62,503 nt of DNA, taken from contig CAINCQ010000004.1 in NCBI GenBank assembly GCA_903847095.1, positions 1-62,503 of the forward strand. The letters are read 5' to 3'. Origin of the DNA: an uncultured bacterium (lineage in GTDB: Bacteria > Patescibacteriota > Minisyncoccia > Minisyncoccales > UBA5738). Positions 50,101-59,917 of this stretch are shown here, piece by piece (position 1 is the stretch's first letter; the number at the start of each line of letters is the position of its first letter). The translations under genes and the position numbers were made by a program. The notes under the pieces were generated by a model that was not told the origin of the DNA, searched no databases, and worked only from the letters and a program-made list of their open reading frames with translations.

Positions 50101-50569
50101 CGTCCAGCGAGATCTGGTTTACGATCGGGTCATTGACGTTTTCGGGCAGGTCGTTTTTTAAAGTGGAGACGCTGTCGCGGACACTTCGAATGGAATCTTC
50201 CAAGTTTTCCTTGGGATCGAATTCAACCATCACCGAAGACACGGAGTTTGAAGAATAAGACGTGATCGTATCGACGCCCTTGAGCCCGGCGATCTTGGTT
50301 TCCACTTTTTTCGTAACCAGTTCTTCAACGTCCGAGGGCGCGGCGCCCGGAAAGACCGTTGATACGACCGCGATCGGTATTTTTACTTCCGGATTGGATT
50401 CGCGAGGGAGTTGAAAAAAGGAATACAGACCCCAGGCGGTGATCGCGGCGATCATAAGGATGACCACGCGGAAACGCGACACAAAAAAATTGAGCCAGGT
50501 TTTTTTCAACTCCGGCCTGAATTCCAGCCGTTCCAGATATTGATAATCCGATGATGGTAATTGACCCAT
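47180..50569 (-). CDS. AcrB/AcrD/AcrF family RND permease
   Basis: PGAAPSDVEELVT, GLIVDDAIVV, GIVVKNAI, SRLEAIFITS. Confidence 0.95.
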   Translation of the reverse strand: MGQLPSSDYQYLERLEFRPELKKTWLNFFVSRFRVVILMIAAITAWGLYSFFQLPRESNPEVKIPIAVVSTVFPGAAPSDVEELVTKKVETKIAGLKGVDTITSYSSNSVSSVMVEFDPKENLEDSIRSVRDSVSTLKNDLPENVNDPIVNQISLDDTPIITLAISGSFDGFALRDHADLIKDELEKVSGVREVRISGGDQKEISVSCFPEKLLFYGISIDQVVSSLKAANLSVPSGNFDGKTYIYSISADGRIYDAASFGQIPVAFGNTNAPIYLKDVAQVKETAIKKTAYSRISSSGGSPTDAVVISIVKSTGGNIIKTADSVKIALDSYVKKNPGLKYDVTLDQSEYIREDFNQLTHDFILTIILVMGVLILMVGLKEAFVAGLAIPLVFFVTFGVMNLAGISLNFLSTFALLLSLGLIVDDAIVVVSATKMYMRTGKFTPEEAILLVLNDFKVVLTSTTLTTVWAFLPLLFTSGIMGSFIRSIPVALSVTLIASLAIALMINHPLAAILERIRLTPAFFFIYLALLFSTAIVLLAGGGLIANILACLIVIAVGWLIFWYERQGKKLLWENRRLLYLEAKSDDLIKAKLRAQATESKIGFTAKLTHGFANINAFLPVYEKYLAILIDNKKTRIFFLAAVFCLFLVAAALPAFGIVKTEFFPADDFNYITVNIEAPIGYKLEETSLIVAKVEEKLLTYKEIKNFSTVIGGSASTDSFSSGSSSSADSAGITINLVPKNERKLKSYELGEALRKDFADIKDAKIVITELRGGPPSGAAFEADITGDDLATLDKIANDLKPRLEKIQGVINTDVSLKEATPEYTFTLSQQKLAEHSLNSAYVGSVLRTAISGTKATTIFSQNKETSVNVRFNPGSIPALEDIQNLQIINLAKQPVYLKDVADIRLVPSVQTIERINQKRTVILTGDVSAIANPTAVLTEFQNILKKDYQLPAGYEISYGGQNSQNADSVTSILLAMIVAFILIIATLVVQFNSFIKALIVLITVPLALIGTFIGMAVTGIPLSFPGLIGILALFGIVVKNAIILIDKINLNLKSGIAWRGSIIDAGKSRLEAIFITSFCTILGIIPITLSSKTWEGLGAAIIFGLSISSFFTLFVIPALFATFIKDESK

Positions 50570-50570
50570 A

Positions 50571-52181
50571 TTATTGTTCGGAAATGATAACCTTGTCTCC
50601 GGGCGCGATACCTATGGTCGAAGATATAATCTTCTGATTGGGATCAAGGCTGCCCGAAACTTCGATTTTTTCGCCGACCAGATCGCCCGCGGCAACGGGA
50701 ATGGCAAAGACCAGGCCGTTGGAGGAGACCGCGAAAACATCGCTCACCCCGTTTGTTTTAACGGCTTGGATCGGTAAAAGATAGACCGGCTGGGCCGTAT
50801 TTGATTTTTTACTTTCAATGCTTAGGTTCACGGTTTGTCCGATAACGATGGGCGAGTCGGGGTTATTTTTGGTTACGATCACGAGTATTTCCGCTTTTTT
50901 CGTGTTTGGGTCGATTGCCGGAGAAATCCGATAAACCGTTCCGACGATATTTCCTCCATCTCCGATTTTTACCAAGTCATTCTGGGTGATATTGGGCAGA
51001 TCGGCTATACTCGCGTAAGTTTTTATTTGCAAGGCGTCCGGGTTGACGATCGAGGCCACGAGCTGACCATTGGAGATCACTTCTCCGGTGCGCGCGTCGA
51101 GATAGGATATCCGGCCTTCGATTGGCGCTCGGATGATGGTTTTTTCCACTTGAGCTTCCAAAACGGCGACCGCTGCCGCGGCTTGGGCGACCATCGCTTT
51201 CGCCTGCAGGAGTTGTTCATTGGTGGCGCCGGCGGTTTTTAAATTAAGCGCTTGAGTCGCTAAAATCCAGGAGGTTTCCGCTCCCTGTAAAGAGGACAAT
51301 GATCCGGCGGCTGAAGACCTTGCGGCGGAAAGCTCGGCTTTGTATCCGTCCAATGTCTGTTTGTCGGCACTGTTGTCGGTGGTTAGCGTATTCGCCAGCG
51401 GCGAAAGGTCGTTTAAAAACCCGATAAGAAAATCAAGGTTGGCGGCCGCGGTCTTAACGCCGGACGAAAGATCCGACGATCCATCAATGGCCTCCAGATC
51501 GGCTTTCCAATCGTTTAGACGTTTTTCCAATTCCACTCGCTTGATCGCGACGAGCCGCGCCTGTTCGCTTCCAACCGCTCCATATTGAATGGAGGTGTTC
51601 GCGGAATTAATGACGATTTTGAATTCCGGAGATTGGGTATCCGCTCCGAGGAAGAATTTGTCGACATGGTTTCTTATGGCGTCATCGGCCTTGGCGTATG
51701 AATCCCGGAGAGCCGCCTGAAGTGAAAGGGTCGCTTGATCGGCCTGGGTACGCGATATCGCGATGTCTTCGGATCGGGCTCCCTTTTCTACGCTCTGGAG
51801 GGAAGCCAGGGCGTTTGCCAAGCCGGCTTTGGCCTGGTCAAGCTGGGCGGCAATGTCGGTTTTTTTTAGCGAGACCAGGACTTGGCCCGTAACGACTTTG
51901 TCGCCAAGCGCGACATTTACCGATTCGACCGGAGCTGAAAACTGGCTGCGTAAATCGGCTTGGTTCACCGATTCGACCGAGCCGCTATCCAGCGTGATCG
52001 CGGCGGTTTTTTGGTAATCGCTTATCTTAAGAAGCGTGACCGTCGGGCCGTCGGAAGAGATCTGGCCGCTGCTGGCCGCCTGTTTGATTTTGGGCAGTTC
52101 GATCGCGATAAGGACAAGAGTCAAGGCCAGGATGAATACAGACAGGATCAGGTTTTTTTTGAATAAATTGATTAATGACAT
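50571..52181 (-). CDS. RND periplasmic adaptor (MFP)
   Basis: V.LGDKV..GQVL, IRAPIEGRI, SPAIDP.T. Confidence 0.9.
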   Translation of the reverse strand: MSLINLFKKNLILSVFILALTLVLIAIELPKIKQAASSGQISSDGPTVTLLKISDYQKTAAITLDSGSVESVNQADLRSQFSAPVESVNVALGDKVVTGQVLVSLKKTDIAAQLDQAKAGLANALASLQSVEKGARSEDIAISRTQADQATLSLQAALRDSYAKADDAIRNHVDKFFLGADTQSPEFKIVINSANTSIQYGAVGSEQARLVAIKRVELEKRLNDWKADLEAIDGSSDLSSGVKTAAANLDFLIGFLNDLSPLANTLTTDNSADKQTLDGYKAELSAARSSAAGSLSSLQGAETSWILATQALNLKTAGATNEQLLQAKAMVAQAAAAVAVLEAQVEKTIIRAPIEGRISYLDARTGEVISNGQLVASIVNPDALQIKTYASIADLPNITQNDLVKIGDGGNIVGTVYRISPAIDPNTKKAEILVIVTKNNPDSPIVIGQTVNLSIESKKSNTAQPVYLLPIQAVKTNGVSDVFAVSSNGLVFAIPVAAGDLVGEKIEVSGSLDPNQKIISSTIGIAPGDKVIISEQ

Positions 52182-52209
52182 GCGTTTTATTCTTTTATAA
52201 TTTTTTAAA

Positions 52210-52791
52210 TTAAGTATTATCGGATCGGACCAGCTTCAAAGTTTTTTCGACAAAGAGGGAAGCCAGATATTTCCCGTAACGTTTTGGGTCCACCGCGGAC
52301 AAATTGCTGTTGGCGTGCAATACATAACAGTGGATGGCATTGATAAGGACCTCAGCGGCCAGATCGGGATCTTTAACGCCGAGTGATTCCAGGATCTTCT
52401 GGGTCAGCTCGTGAATTTTTTGCAGCGTTAAACGGATTTTAGTAAAGGTTTTTTGGTCCAGTCCGATGATATTCATGTCCACCAGCCGGATCACGGTTTC
52501 GTCATTCAGGCGTTTTTCGATGACTTCGCCAACAATCCTTTCCAGCGTTTCTGTTTTTGATCCGCTTTCCTCCAAATAGCGTTCCAAGTCTTTAATGATC
52601 GTGGAAAGCGAATCCTTTACGACGTCGGCATAAATACGCTCCTTGTTTTTAAAGTGGTAAAACAGGGAAGGTTTGGCGATCGATACTTTCGCGGCGATAT
52701 CGTCCAAGGTGGTGCAGGCATATCCCCTTTTGGCAAAGAGTTTTTTGGCCGCGGCCAGGATTTTTTGTTTCGTGTAGCATTGTTTTTCCAT
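52210..52791 (-). CDS. TetR/AcrR family regulator
   Basis: ILAAAKKLFAKRGY..TTLDDIA..VSIAKPSLFYHFKNKE. Confidence 0.93.
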   Translation of the reverse strand: MEKQCYTKQKILAAAKKLFAKRGYACTTLDDIAAKVSIAKPSLFYHFKNKERIYADVVKDSLSTIIKDLERYLEESGSKTETLERIVGEVIEKRLNDETVIRLVDMNIIGLDQKTFTKIRLTLQKIHELTQKILESLGVKDPDLAAEVLINAIHCYVLHANSNLSAVDPKRYGKYLASLFVEKTLKLVRSDNT

Positions 52792-52800
52792 GATATTTGT

Positions 52801-52835
52801 CCGACCGGACGGTAATCTACCTACCATTCGGTAGG
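52801..52835. promoter_or_regulatory. Putative tandem TetR operators
   Basis: CCTACC-ATTC-GGTAGG (52820-52835) and related GACC-GGAC-GGTA, between the promoter (TTGACA at 52879-52874) and the tetR start. Confidence 0.65.
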
Positions 52836-52927
52836 GAATCCGACTTAGTTTATATATCCCTAACGGTTTTTTTTGTCAAACGGCATTTAAAGTTGTATTA
52901 TAAAGACGGAGAATATCATAATTAATC

Positions 52928-53359
52928 TTGGCAAGAATCATGGATCACGCGGTATTTGTGGATCTCAAATCAAACGAGCTTAGCCGGCTATTGAAGGGCA
53001 AAACTACGGCAATCATCCGGGGCGCCGCCGGTCGTCAAATGCCTTGTGATAAGGTTTTTCCGGGCGAATATGTTTATTTCGTCCGGGATTTGGGAGACAA
53101 TGTCGCGGTGGCTCGGGGGTTGGTCAAGGATTGTCATCGTTCCGGGCAAGCGGGCCAGCCGGTTTCCGCCGATCTGATCGGTCTTCATAAAGAAAAATTG
53201 GGATTTACCGGCCAAGAGATTACGAGCTGGTCGAAGCGCAAACACGTTCTTCTGGTTGAGTTAGACAGGGTTAAAGAGATAGGTCCTTTCGCAGTTGAGA
53301 CATCGGAAAAAAATGGATGGACGGCGGTGGAATATATCAATAAAATCCGGAAAGATTGA
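52928..53359 (+). CDS. Hypothetical ASCH/PUA-like protein
   Basis: ELSRLLKGKTTAIIRGAAGR..P...V.PGE.VYF. Confidence 0.6.
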   Translation: MARIMDHAVFVDLKSNELSRLLKGKTTAIIRGAAGRQMPCDKVFPGEYVYFVRDLGDNVAVARGLVKDCHRSGQAGQPVSADLIGLHKEKLGFTGQEITSWSKRKHVLLVELDRVKEIGPFAVETSEKNGWTAVEYINKIRKD

Positions 53360-53420
53360 CAGCCGGGACCGCTGGCCATTATATTTCGACATAGAGTTTT
53401 GGTTATTTTTTTTCCCAAGG

Positions 53421-53447
53421 AAAACCCCCGTTATTAACGGGGGTTTT
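53421..53447. terminator. Bidirectional terminator
   Basis: AAAACCCCCGTTA-T-TAACGGGGGTTTT between convergent genes. Confidence 0.85.
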
Positions 53448-53470
53448 CTGTTTTGATTTAACCTTTATAA

Positions 53471-53779
53471 CTAGGCTTGTTTTCTCACTTTAAACATCGA
53501 TATCGCGAATAACACGATGGCGGCGATATCGGCAATCCTCCATTGGTCGGCCGTCAGATAGATCGGCGCGATCGGGTTGAAGATGACTGCGGCGGCCACA
53601 AAAATCCACATATAAGTTCTTTGGCCCCGGTTTTTAGCGGCCAAGGCGACCGTTAAAGCGGCGATAGCGACCATCCAATTGGTCAATTGGTCGTAAACGT
53701 AGGGAAACGGTCCCAACGCGCCGGCTATCATTACGATAGCGGCCAAGACCAGCCAATTCATTTTTAAAAATTTGTTCAT
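53471..53779 (-). CDS. Small membrane protein (DUF6804-like), probably leaderless
   Basis: PY.Y.QL, IFNPIAPIYL...W...D; TTGACA-17-TATAAT (53814-53786) ends just upstream of the ATG at 53779. Confidence 0.8.
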   Translation of the reverse strand: MNKFLKMNWLVLAAIVMIAGALGPFPYVYDQLTNWMVAIAALTVALAAKNRGQRTYMWIFVAAAVIFNPIAPIYLTADQWRIADIAAIVLFAISMFKVRKQA

Positions 53780-53899
53780 GCCATTATTATAGCATATTAA
53801 CAATATTATGTCAAGTATTTTGGGCTTGAATTTTTGGTAAAGGTCACCCGCGATTTTGGGATATTGTTTTTTTGATTGTATAATGAAATCATCGTTTTT

Positions 53900-54673
53900 A
53901 TGAAAATAGGACTGGCATTAAGCGGAGGCGGGGTTTTGGGAGCCGCGCATATCGGCGTTATCGAAGAATTGGCGAAATCCGGCATTGAGCCGGATTTCAT
54001 TTGCGGTTCGTCCGCCGGAGCGCTGATCGGTTTGGCTTACGCGATCAACGGCTTGGAATCGCTTAACGCAATTTTTGATGAGCTGGTCGGGTCGCGGATC
54101 TTGGCTAATTACCGGTATTTATTGGCGCCGCGGCCGGACAGCCTTTTCGATTTATTGGAAAAAGTTTTCCGAAAGCATTATAAGCCGGATGGTTTGATGA
54201 GGACGAAATTTGCGTGTGTTGCGACCAATATCGGAACGGGGGAAAGTACGGTTTTGGATTTGGGCGATCACGTCAAGAATGTGTTGGCTTCGGCAGCTTA
54301 TCCGGGCGTTTTTTCGATCCAGCGGATCAAAGATTCTTACTATTTCGATGGGGGTATTACGCGCAATCTTCCGGCTGGGGAAACCCGCGCCTTGGGAGCC
54401 GATTTCGTGATCGGTTCTTCGATCTATTCCATCGCCGAGCTTAAACCAACGGAGGTGAAAAAAATGAACCGGCTGGCGGCTGTTGCCCGCAGTTTGGATA
54501 TTTATGAACGGGAATTGAGCCGTTTCGAAGAAAAACAATGCGATTTTTGTTTTAAGCCCGAAACGCAGCCTTTCCGCTGGTTCAATTTTTCCAAAATCAA
54601 ACTGATCAAAGAAGCCGGCCGCCGGCACGCGGCTCGCGAGATAGCTAATCTTTGCGCCTGCTTAAAGAAATGA
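53900..54673 (+). CDS. Patatin-like phospholipase
   Basis: LSGGGVLG, GSSAG, SAAYPG, DGG. Confidence 0.92.
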   Translation: MKIGLALSGGGVLGAAHIGVIEELAKSGIEPDFICGSSAGALIGLAYAINGLESLNAIFDELVGSRILANYRYLLAPRPDSLFDLLEKVFRKHYKPDGLMRTKFACVATNIGTGESTVLDLGDHVKNVLASAAYPGVFSIQRIKDSYYFDGGITRNLPAGETRALGADFVIGSSIYSIAELKPTEVKKMNRLAAVARSLDIYERELSRFEEKQCDFCFKPETQPFRWFNFSKIKLIKEAGRRHAAREIANLCACLKK

Positions 54674-55233
54674 ACAAACAGATCTATTGGAAGATTTTGC
54701 TTTCCCTTTTCTTGCTGGGCATTGCTTTGGCCGTTTCAGTGGTGGCAAATTTTTTGTTGAGCGTCGACGATCAAAAAATCTCATTTATAGCGCCTCGGGG
54801 AGTTGAGCCATCGGATACCGGAAGCGCCAGCCAAGTTTTGCCCGGAGGGGTGGTTGTCACCAAGGTTATCGACGGAGATACTATTGTGGTCGAGGGAGGG
54901 ATTACAGTGAGGCTGTTGGGTATCGATTCCGACGAAAAAGGTTATCCTTGTTATTCGGCGGCCAAAGAACGGCTGGAGCAACTGGTTTTGGGTAAAGTTG
55001 TCAGTCTGGAGGCATCAAAAGCAGACCTTGATCAATATGGAAGGAGTTTAAGATATGTTTTTTTAGGATCTCAAAACACTAGCGTCCTTTTGGTAAGCGA
55101 AGGTTTGGCCGTGGCGCGATTTTTTCCCGATAACGAAATATACCGCGAAGAGATTACCCGGGCCGAAAATGAAGCAAAGACCGCTAAGCGCGGCTGCAAA
55201 TGGGACCAAAGATCCCAAACTAAAATAAAATGA
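54670..55233 (+). CDS. Thermonuclease (SNase) family, membrane anchored
   Basis: VIDGDTI, VRLLGIDSDE, DQYGRSLRYV, AK..KRG.W. Confidence 0.92.
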   Translation: MNKQIYWKILLSLFLLGIALAVSVVANFLLSVDDQKISFIAPRGVEPSDTGSASQVLPGGVVVTKVIDGDTIVVEGGITVRLLGIDSDEKGYPCYSAAKERLEQLVLGKVVSLEASKADLDQYGRSLRYVFLGSQNTSVLLVSEGLAVARFFPDNEIYREEITRAENEAKTAKRGCKWDQRSQTKIK

Positions 55234-57857
55234 TCTGCGTAAAAAGCCTGGAAAAACTTACCGAGAATGACTTGCCGGAGGCCGGCTCGAAGGCGGTAGC
55301 GCTGGCGTTGATCAGCAAGAAAGGTATTTTTGTGCCCGCGGCGTTTGTCGTGTTATCTTCGGCGTTCGATCGGTTTTGCGAAGTATCGAAGATCGGTAGC
55401 GCTATCGGGAATATTCTGGCTGCTGCCGATATCGGAAACTTGCCGGATCTGGCCCAAAAAAGCGCCAAGATCAAAGGCTTGATAATGGCAGAACCTCTGC
55501 CCGGCGATATCGTGTCCCAGATCGAGGACGCATATGATACTTTGAATTCCACCGAGGTAGCGGTAAGATCGTCGGTTGCCTCAGAGGATAAGGTTATGGG
55601 ATCGGAGGCTGGCTGGCTGGACAGTTATCTCGGCGTTGACCAGGCCAGTTTGACCGAATGCGTCAAAAATTGCTGGGCCTCCGCGTTCTCAATAGGATCT
55701 TTGGCCTATTTTTTTAAGGCCGGTATCGATTGGCATTGGATAAAGCCGGCGGTTTTGGTGCAAAAGATGATTGATTGCGAAGTATCCGGAGGAGCGTTTT
55801 TAAAGATCGCGGAAGCGACCGGAAAAAAACTGCTGGTTATCGAGACGGGCCTTGGCTTGGGTGTCGCCGGTACCGGGGCGATATCGAGCGATCATTACGA
55901 ATTGAATATCGATCCGCTGTTCATAACCGAAAAGAAAATTTCCGGACAGTCCGGGACGGCGGATCGCCCCAAAAAATATATTATCCATCCGGGTAGTTTC
56001 AAGGAAGAACAAAGCGCGGGGCAACCAAAGCCGAAATTGACCGATGACCAGATTAGATGGCTCGCCCAGGTTTTTTTAAAGATCGAGAAGCTATTTTCTT
56101 CGCCACAAGACGTGGAATGGGGTTTTGCCAACGGGCGGATCGCTATTCTCCGATCCCGCTCGAGGATCAAGGTTGTTGGCGTCACGGCGAAGGAGTGCCT
56201 TTGGTCTAATGTCAATATTTCCGAAGTGATCCCGGGAATCGTTCCGCCTTTGGTTTCGAGCAGCCTGATCTCCGTGATCGATCCGGCTTTCCGGTCTTTT
56301 TTGACCATGCCCAAAGACGAGCCGCTTATCAGAGATATCGAAGGGCGGCTTTACTTTAACGCCACGGTGATCGAGCGATCTCTGGCCTTGAGGACCAAAA
56401 CGAAAGAGTTTCCGATCGCAAAATTTTTTGGCGGTAAAAGCCGTGCTGGTCAAACAAAGCTGGCTTTTGCCGGGAAAGTGGGTTTGTTGTCCTATGGCGC
56501 CAAAGTGATCTTTTATTCCTTCGTTTCGTCCTGGACCTTTAGGGCTAAGATCAGCGAAGCGGAGAAAAGGTCCGAAGAATTGGAAAAGTGTATCGAGGCC
56601 GCGTCCGATTTGGAGGAGTTGTTCGCCCTGGAATTTCAAGTCTTCGCTTATTTAAGGTCGGTTACCGCACTCGCGATTAAAACCTTATTATTTCCTCTTA
56701 CTTTTTATTTCATTTTTACGCACTTGTGCAAAAAATGGTTGGTTGATAAGACCGGCGAAAAGGCCAATTCGTTTATGGCGTCAGGTTCGCGCCAGATCGC
56801 GTTGATCAGGGCGTTCGAGGAACTTTGGGGCCTAAGCCGCATTATCAAAAACGATCGTGTCCTATCGCACAAATTCCTTAAGGCCCAAACGATAGCCAAG
56901 GCGGAAGCGGTTCTTCGCGATTCGCCGGAGGCCGTTAAAGCCTGGCGTGAATTTCTGAAAAAGTACGGACATAGATCGGTCAAGGAAGTTGATTTTTCGC
57001 TTCCGCGCTGGAAGGAGGATCCAAGCTTTCTGATCAACACGCTCAAGCTCTATCTGGGCGCATCCGAGGATATCAACCCGGCATCAAAAATCGAAAAATT
57101 GGCCATTAAAAGGGAAATATTGCTCTGTGAAACCAAACGTCTTCTGCCCCGCTGGAAATTCGCTATTTTTAAAAGTACTCTGGGATTCGCCGAATCGGCC
57201 CAAATTTTGCGCGAGCGGGTTAAGGCCGTTTTGGTATTGCTGCTTTTTCCGTTGAGATCCGTTTATTTAAAGATCGGCTTAAAGTTCCGGGAAAGGGGAT
57301 TCTTGAAAGACGCGGATGACATCTTTTATCTATCGTTCGACGAGATCGAGGCCCTTCGTTCCGGGTCGTTGCCCAGGGATTTTGGACTGGCGGGTTTGGT
57401 CGCGCGGCGCAAGAACGAATACAAGCGGTTTGCCGGCCCAAAAATTCCGGAAACGATCATTGACAAAAAGGAAGTTTCGCTGGCGTCCTATCTTGATTTG
57501 CGAACCCGAGATTGCAGCGTTAAATTTTTACAGGGATTGGGTGTCAGTTCCGGGATCGCGCAAGGTGTGGCGCGGATTGCCGTAAACATCGATGAACTTT
57601 GGAAAATTAAGCCGGGGGAAATATTGGTTTGCGACCACCTTGACCCGGGTTGGACGCCGGTCTTCGTGGTCGTTAAAGGCCTAGTTTCCAATACCGGCGG
57701 TTTGTTGTCTCATGCTTCGATCGTGGCCAGGGAGTTCGGCCTTCCGGCCGTGGTCAATGTTGAACTCGCGACCAGTAAGATCTTGGACGGACAGAAAATA
57801 ATCGTTGATGGAAACCGGGGTACGGTAAAGATCATCAATGAAGCCGGTAATGACTGA
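55230..57857 (+). CDS. PEP-utilizing enzyme with rifampin-phosphotransferase-like architecture (ATP-grasp, helical domain, His swivel)
   Basis: VAVRSS..SED, VLVQKM, QDVEW, PRWKEDP, DPGWTP, GGLLSHASIVAREFGLPAV. Confidence 0.85.
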   Translation: MICVKSLEKLTENDLPEAGSKAVALALISKKGIFVPAAFVVLSSAFDRFCEVSKIGSAIGNILAAADIGNLPDLAQKSAKIKGLIMAEPLPGDIVSQIEDAYDTLNSTEVAVRSSVASEDKVMGSEAGWLDSYLGVDQASLTECVKNCWASAFSIGSLAYFFKAGIDWHWIKPAVLVQKMIDCEVSGGAFLKIAEATGKKLLVIETGLGLGVAGTGAISSDHYELNIDPLFITEKKISGQSGTADRPKKYIIHPGSFKEEQSAGQPKPKLTDDQIRWLAQVFLKIEKLFSSPQDVEWGFANGRIAILRSRSRIKVVGVTAKECLWSNVNISEVIPGIVPPLVSSSLISVIDPAFRSFLTMPKDEPLIRDIEGRLYFNATVIERSLALRTKTKEFPIAKFFGGKSRAGQTKLAFAGKVGLLSYGAKVIFYSFVSSWTFRAKISEAEKRSEELEKCIEAASDLEELFALEFQVFAYLRSVTALAIKTLLFPLTFYFIFTHLCKKWLVDKTGEKANSFMASGSRQIALIRAFEELWGLSRIIKNDRVLSHKFLKAQTIAKAEAVLRDSPEAVKAWREFLKKYGHRSVKEVDFSLPRWKEDPSFLINTLKLYLGASEDINPASKIEKLAIKREILLCETKRLLPRWKFAIFKSTLGFAESAQILRERVKAVLVLLLFPLRSVYLKIGLKFRERGFLKDADDIFYLSFDEIEALRSGSLPRDFGLAGLVARRKNEYKRFAGPKIPETIIDKKEVSLASYLDLRTRDCSVKFLQGLGVSSGIAQGVARIAVNIDELWKIKPGEILVCDHLDPGWTPVFVVVKGLVSNTGGLLSHASIVAREFGLPAVVNVELATSKILDGQKIIVDGNRGTVKIINEAGND

Positions 57858-58584
57858 CGCCCTAAAAAAAGTGGTTTCCGATTTGGCGGCCCAAGCCGAT
57901 ATAAAAAAAGCCAAGATCCTTTCGGGTTTTTTTAAAGTAAAATTGGGCGAATACGGTGAAGGAGACCGTTTCCTAGGGATCACCGTGCCAAAACAGCGGA
58001 TCATCGCGAAAAGCTATGCCGCCCGCCTTGATCTTAACGATCTGGCAACTCTTATTAAAAGCCGCTGGCACGAGGAGCGTCTCACCGCTCTTTTGATCTT
58101 GGTGGAAAAATTTAAAACCGGAGACGCGCCCTTTCAAGAAAGAATTTTTTCTTTCTATCTTAAGTACCGGCGATATATCAATAATTGGGATTTGGTGGAT
58201 CTGAGCGCGCCAAAGATCGTCGGGGCGTATCTGGAAGGCAAGGATAAAAGCGTTCTTTATGAAATGGCCCAATCGATCAGTGTTTGGGACCGGCGGATCG
58301 CGATTCTCGCAACTTTCCATTTTATCAAAAAAGGCGACGCGAGCGATGCCCTTAAAATAATTTTCGTTTTAAAAAACGATCCTCACGATCTTATTCGCAA
58401 GGCCGCGGGCTGGATGCTCCGCGAGATCGGTAAGAATTGCGGTCAAAATATCGAGGAAGAATTTCTCGTAAAGCACTATCGTAAAATGCCCCGGGTTATG
58501 TTGCGCTACGCCATCGAAAGATTCGGACAAGAGAAGAGAAAATTTTACCTTAAGAAAGATCCGGCGCGTGCAAAAAATTCTTAA
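57850..58584 (+). CDS. DNA alkylation repair enzyme (AlkD-like)
   Basis: YGEGD.FLG, HEER, NNWDLVD, KAAGWMLREIGK, MLRYAIE. Confidence 0.9.
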   Translation: MTDALKKVVSDLAAQADIKKAKILSGFFKVKLGEYGEGDRFLGITVPKQRIIAKSYAARLDLNDLATLIKSRWHEERLTALLILVEKFKTGDAPFQERIFSFYLKYRRYINNWDLVDLSAPKIVGAYLEGKDKSVLYEMAQSISVWDRRIAILATFHFIKKGDASDALKIIFVLKNDPHDLIRKAAGWMLREIGKNCGQNIEEEFLVKHYRKMPRVMLRYAIERFGQEKRKFYLKKDPARAKNS

Positions 58585-58681
58585 AACAGTGCATAACTCC
58601 CTGTTTGATTTTAGCGGGTATCTTGTATAATAAATACATAGCTTGTGATCAAGCCATTTCTCGTTTGGTTAATTCGGTTTA

Positions 58682-59917
58682 ATGAAAAAAAGCCATCCCG
58701 TAAAAATTTTGATGTTCGGATGGGAGTTTCCTCCTTTCAATTCCGGCGGTTTGGGAGTTGCCTGCGAAGGGCTGGTGCGCGGTTTGGCGTCTTGCGGCGC
58801 GAAAATAACTTTTGTTTTACCTAAGCCCGTGGATTGCGCTTCCAGCGCTTGTTGTTTTGAATTCGGCGAAGACGCGTCGGAAAAGATCCGGATAAAAACG
58901 ATCGATTCGCTTCTTAACCCCTACGTTAATTCGCGAACTTACGGCGATACTTATCGAGACTTGGTGGTTCAAAAAAAGCGGAATATATACGCACGCGATT
59001 TGGTTAGCGAGGTAATGAGGTATGCGGAGAACGCGAAGCGGATCGCCAAGAACGTGGAATTTGACGTGATCCATTGTCATGATTGGCTTAGTTTTCCGGC
59101 CGGCTTGGCGGCCAAGGAAATTTCGGGCAAGCCGCTCGTTTTCCATGTCCACGCCACCGAATTCGATCGCGTGGGCGAGGGTTCGTTGAACCCCGATATT
59201 TACGTGATCGAGAAAGAAGGATTCAAGAAAGCCGACGCGATAGTGGCGGTGAGCGAATACACCAAACGCGTGATTTGCGATCGGTACGGAGTTGACCAGT
59301 CTAAGGTGCGGGTCGTTCCTAACGCGATTCAAGCCGATAAATACCGGGCGAAATTCTGTGATCTTAATTTCAAAAAAAACGGAAAAAAGATCGTGCTTTT
59401 TGTGGGGCGCCTGACTTACCAAAAAGGACCGGACTATTTTTTGCGCGCGGCCCGGCGCGTCTTGGAAAAAAATCCCGAGGTCTATTTCGTGTTTTCGGGT
59501 TCGGGCGACATGGAGCGGTGGCTTATTTCGGAATCGGCGCGTCTCAACATATCCGATAAAGTGATCTTCGCCGGTTTTTTGCGCGGTTCCGAACTTATCA
59601 GACTTTACCAAATGGCCGATCTTTACGTGATGCCATCGGTGTCGGAACCTTTCGGGCTGACGAGTCTTGAAGCGATGGCCAGCGGTACCCCTATTTTGGT
59701 AGCCCGCACGTCCGGGGCTTCCGAAATGATCAGCCATTGCTTGAAAGTCGATTTTTGGGACACCGATCAGATGGCCGCCAAAATGCTGGCGGTGGTAAAT
59801 TATCCGGCGCTTGGACAATGTTTAAGCGAGAACGGTTCAAGCGAGGTCGATAAATTCTCCTGGCGCGAATCGGCGCAAAAATGCCTATCTGTTTACGGCG
59901 AAGTATCGGAGGCCTGA
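58682..59917 (+). CDS. GT4 glycosyltransferase (glycogen-related)
   Basis: MFGWEFPP..SGGLG, HCHDW, HATEFDR, QKGP, PSVSEPFG. Confidence 0.92.
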   Translation: MKKSHPVKILMFGWEFPPFNSGGLGVACEGLVRGLASCGAKITFVLPKPVDCASSACCFEFGEDASEKIRIKTIDSLLNPYVNSRTYGDTYRDLVVQKKRNIYARDLVSEVMRYAENAKRIAKNVEFDVIHCHDWLSFPAGLAAKEISGKPLVFHVHATEFDRVGEGSLNPDIYVIEKEGFKKADAIVAVSEYTKRVICDRYGVDQSKVRVVPNAIQADKYRAKFCDLNFKKNGKKIVLFVGRLTYQKGPDYFLRAARRVLEKNPEVYFVFSGSGDMERWLISESARLNISDKVIFAGFLRGSELIRLYQMADLYVMPSVSEPFGLTSLEAMASGTPILVARTSGASEMISHCLKVDFWDTDQMAAKMLAVVNYPALGQCLSENGSSEVDKFSWRESAQKCLSVYGEVSEA

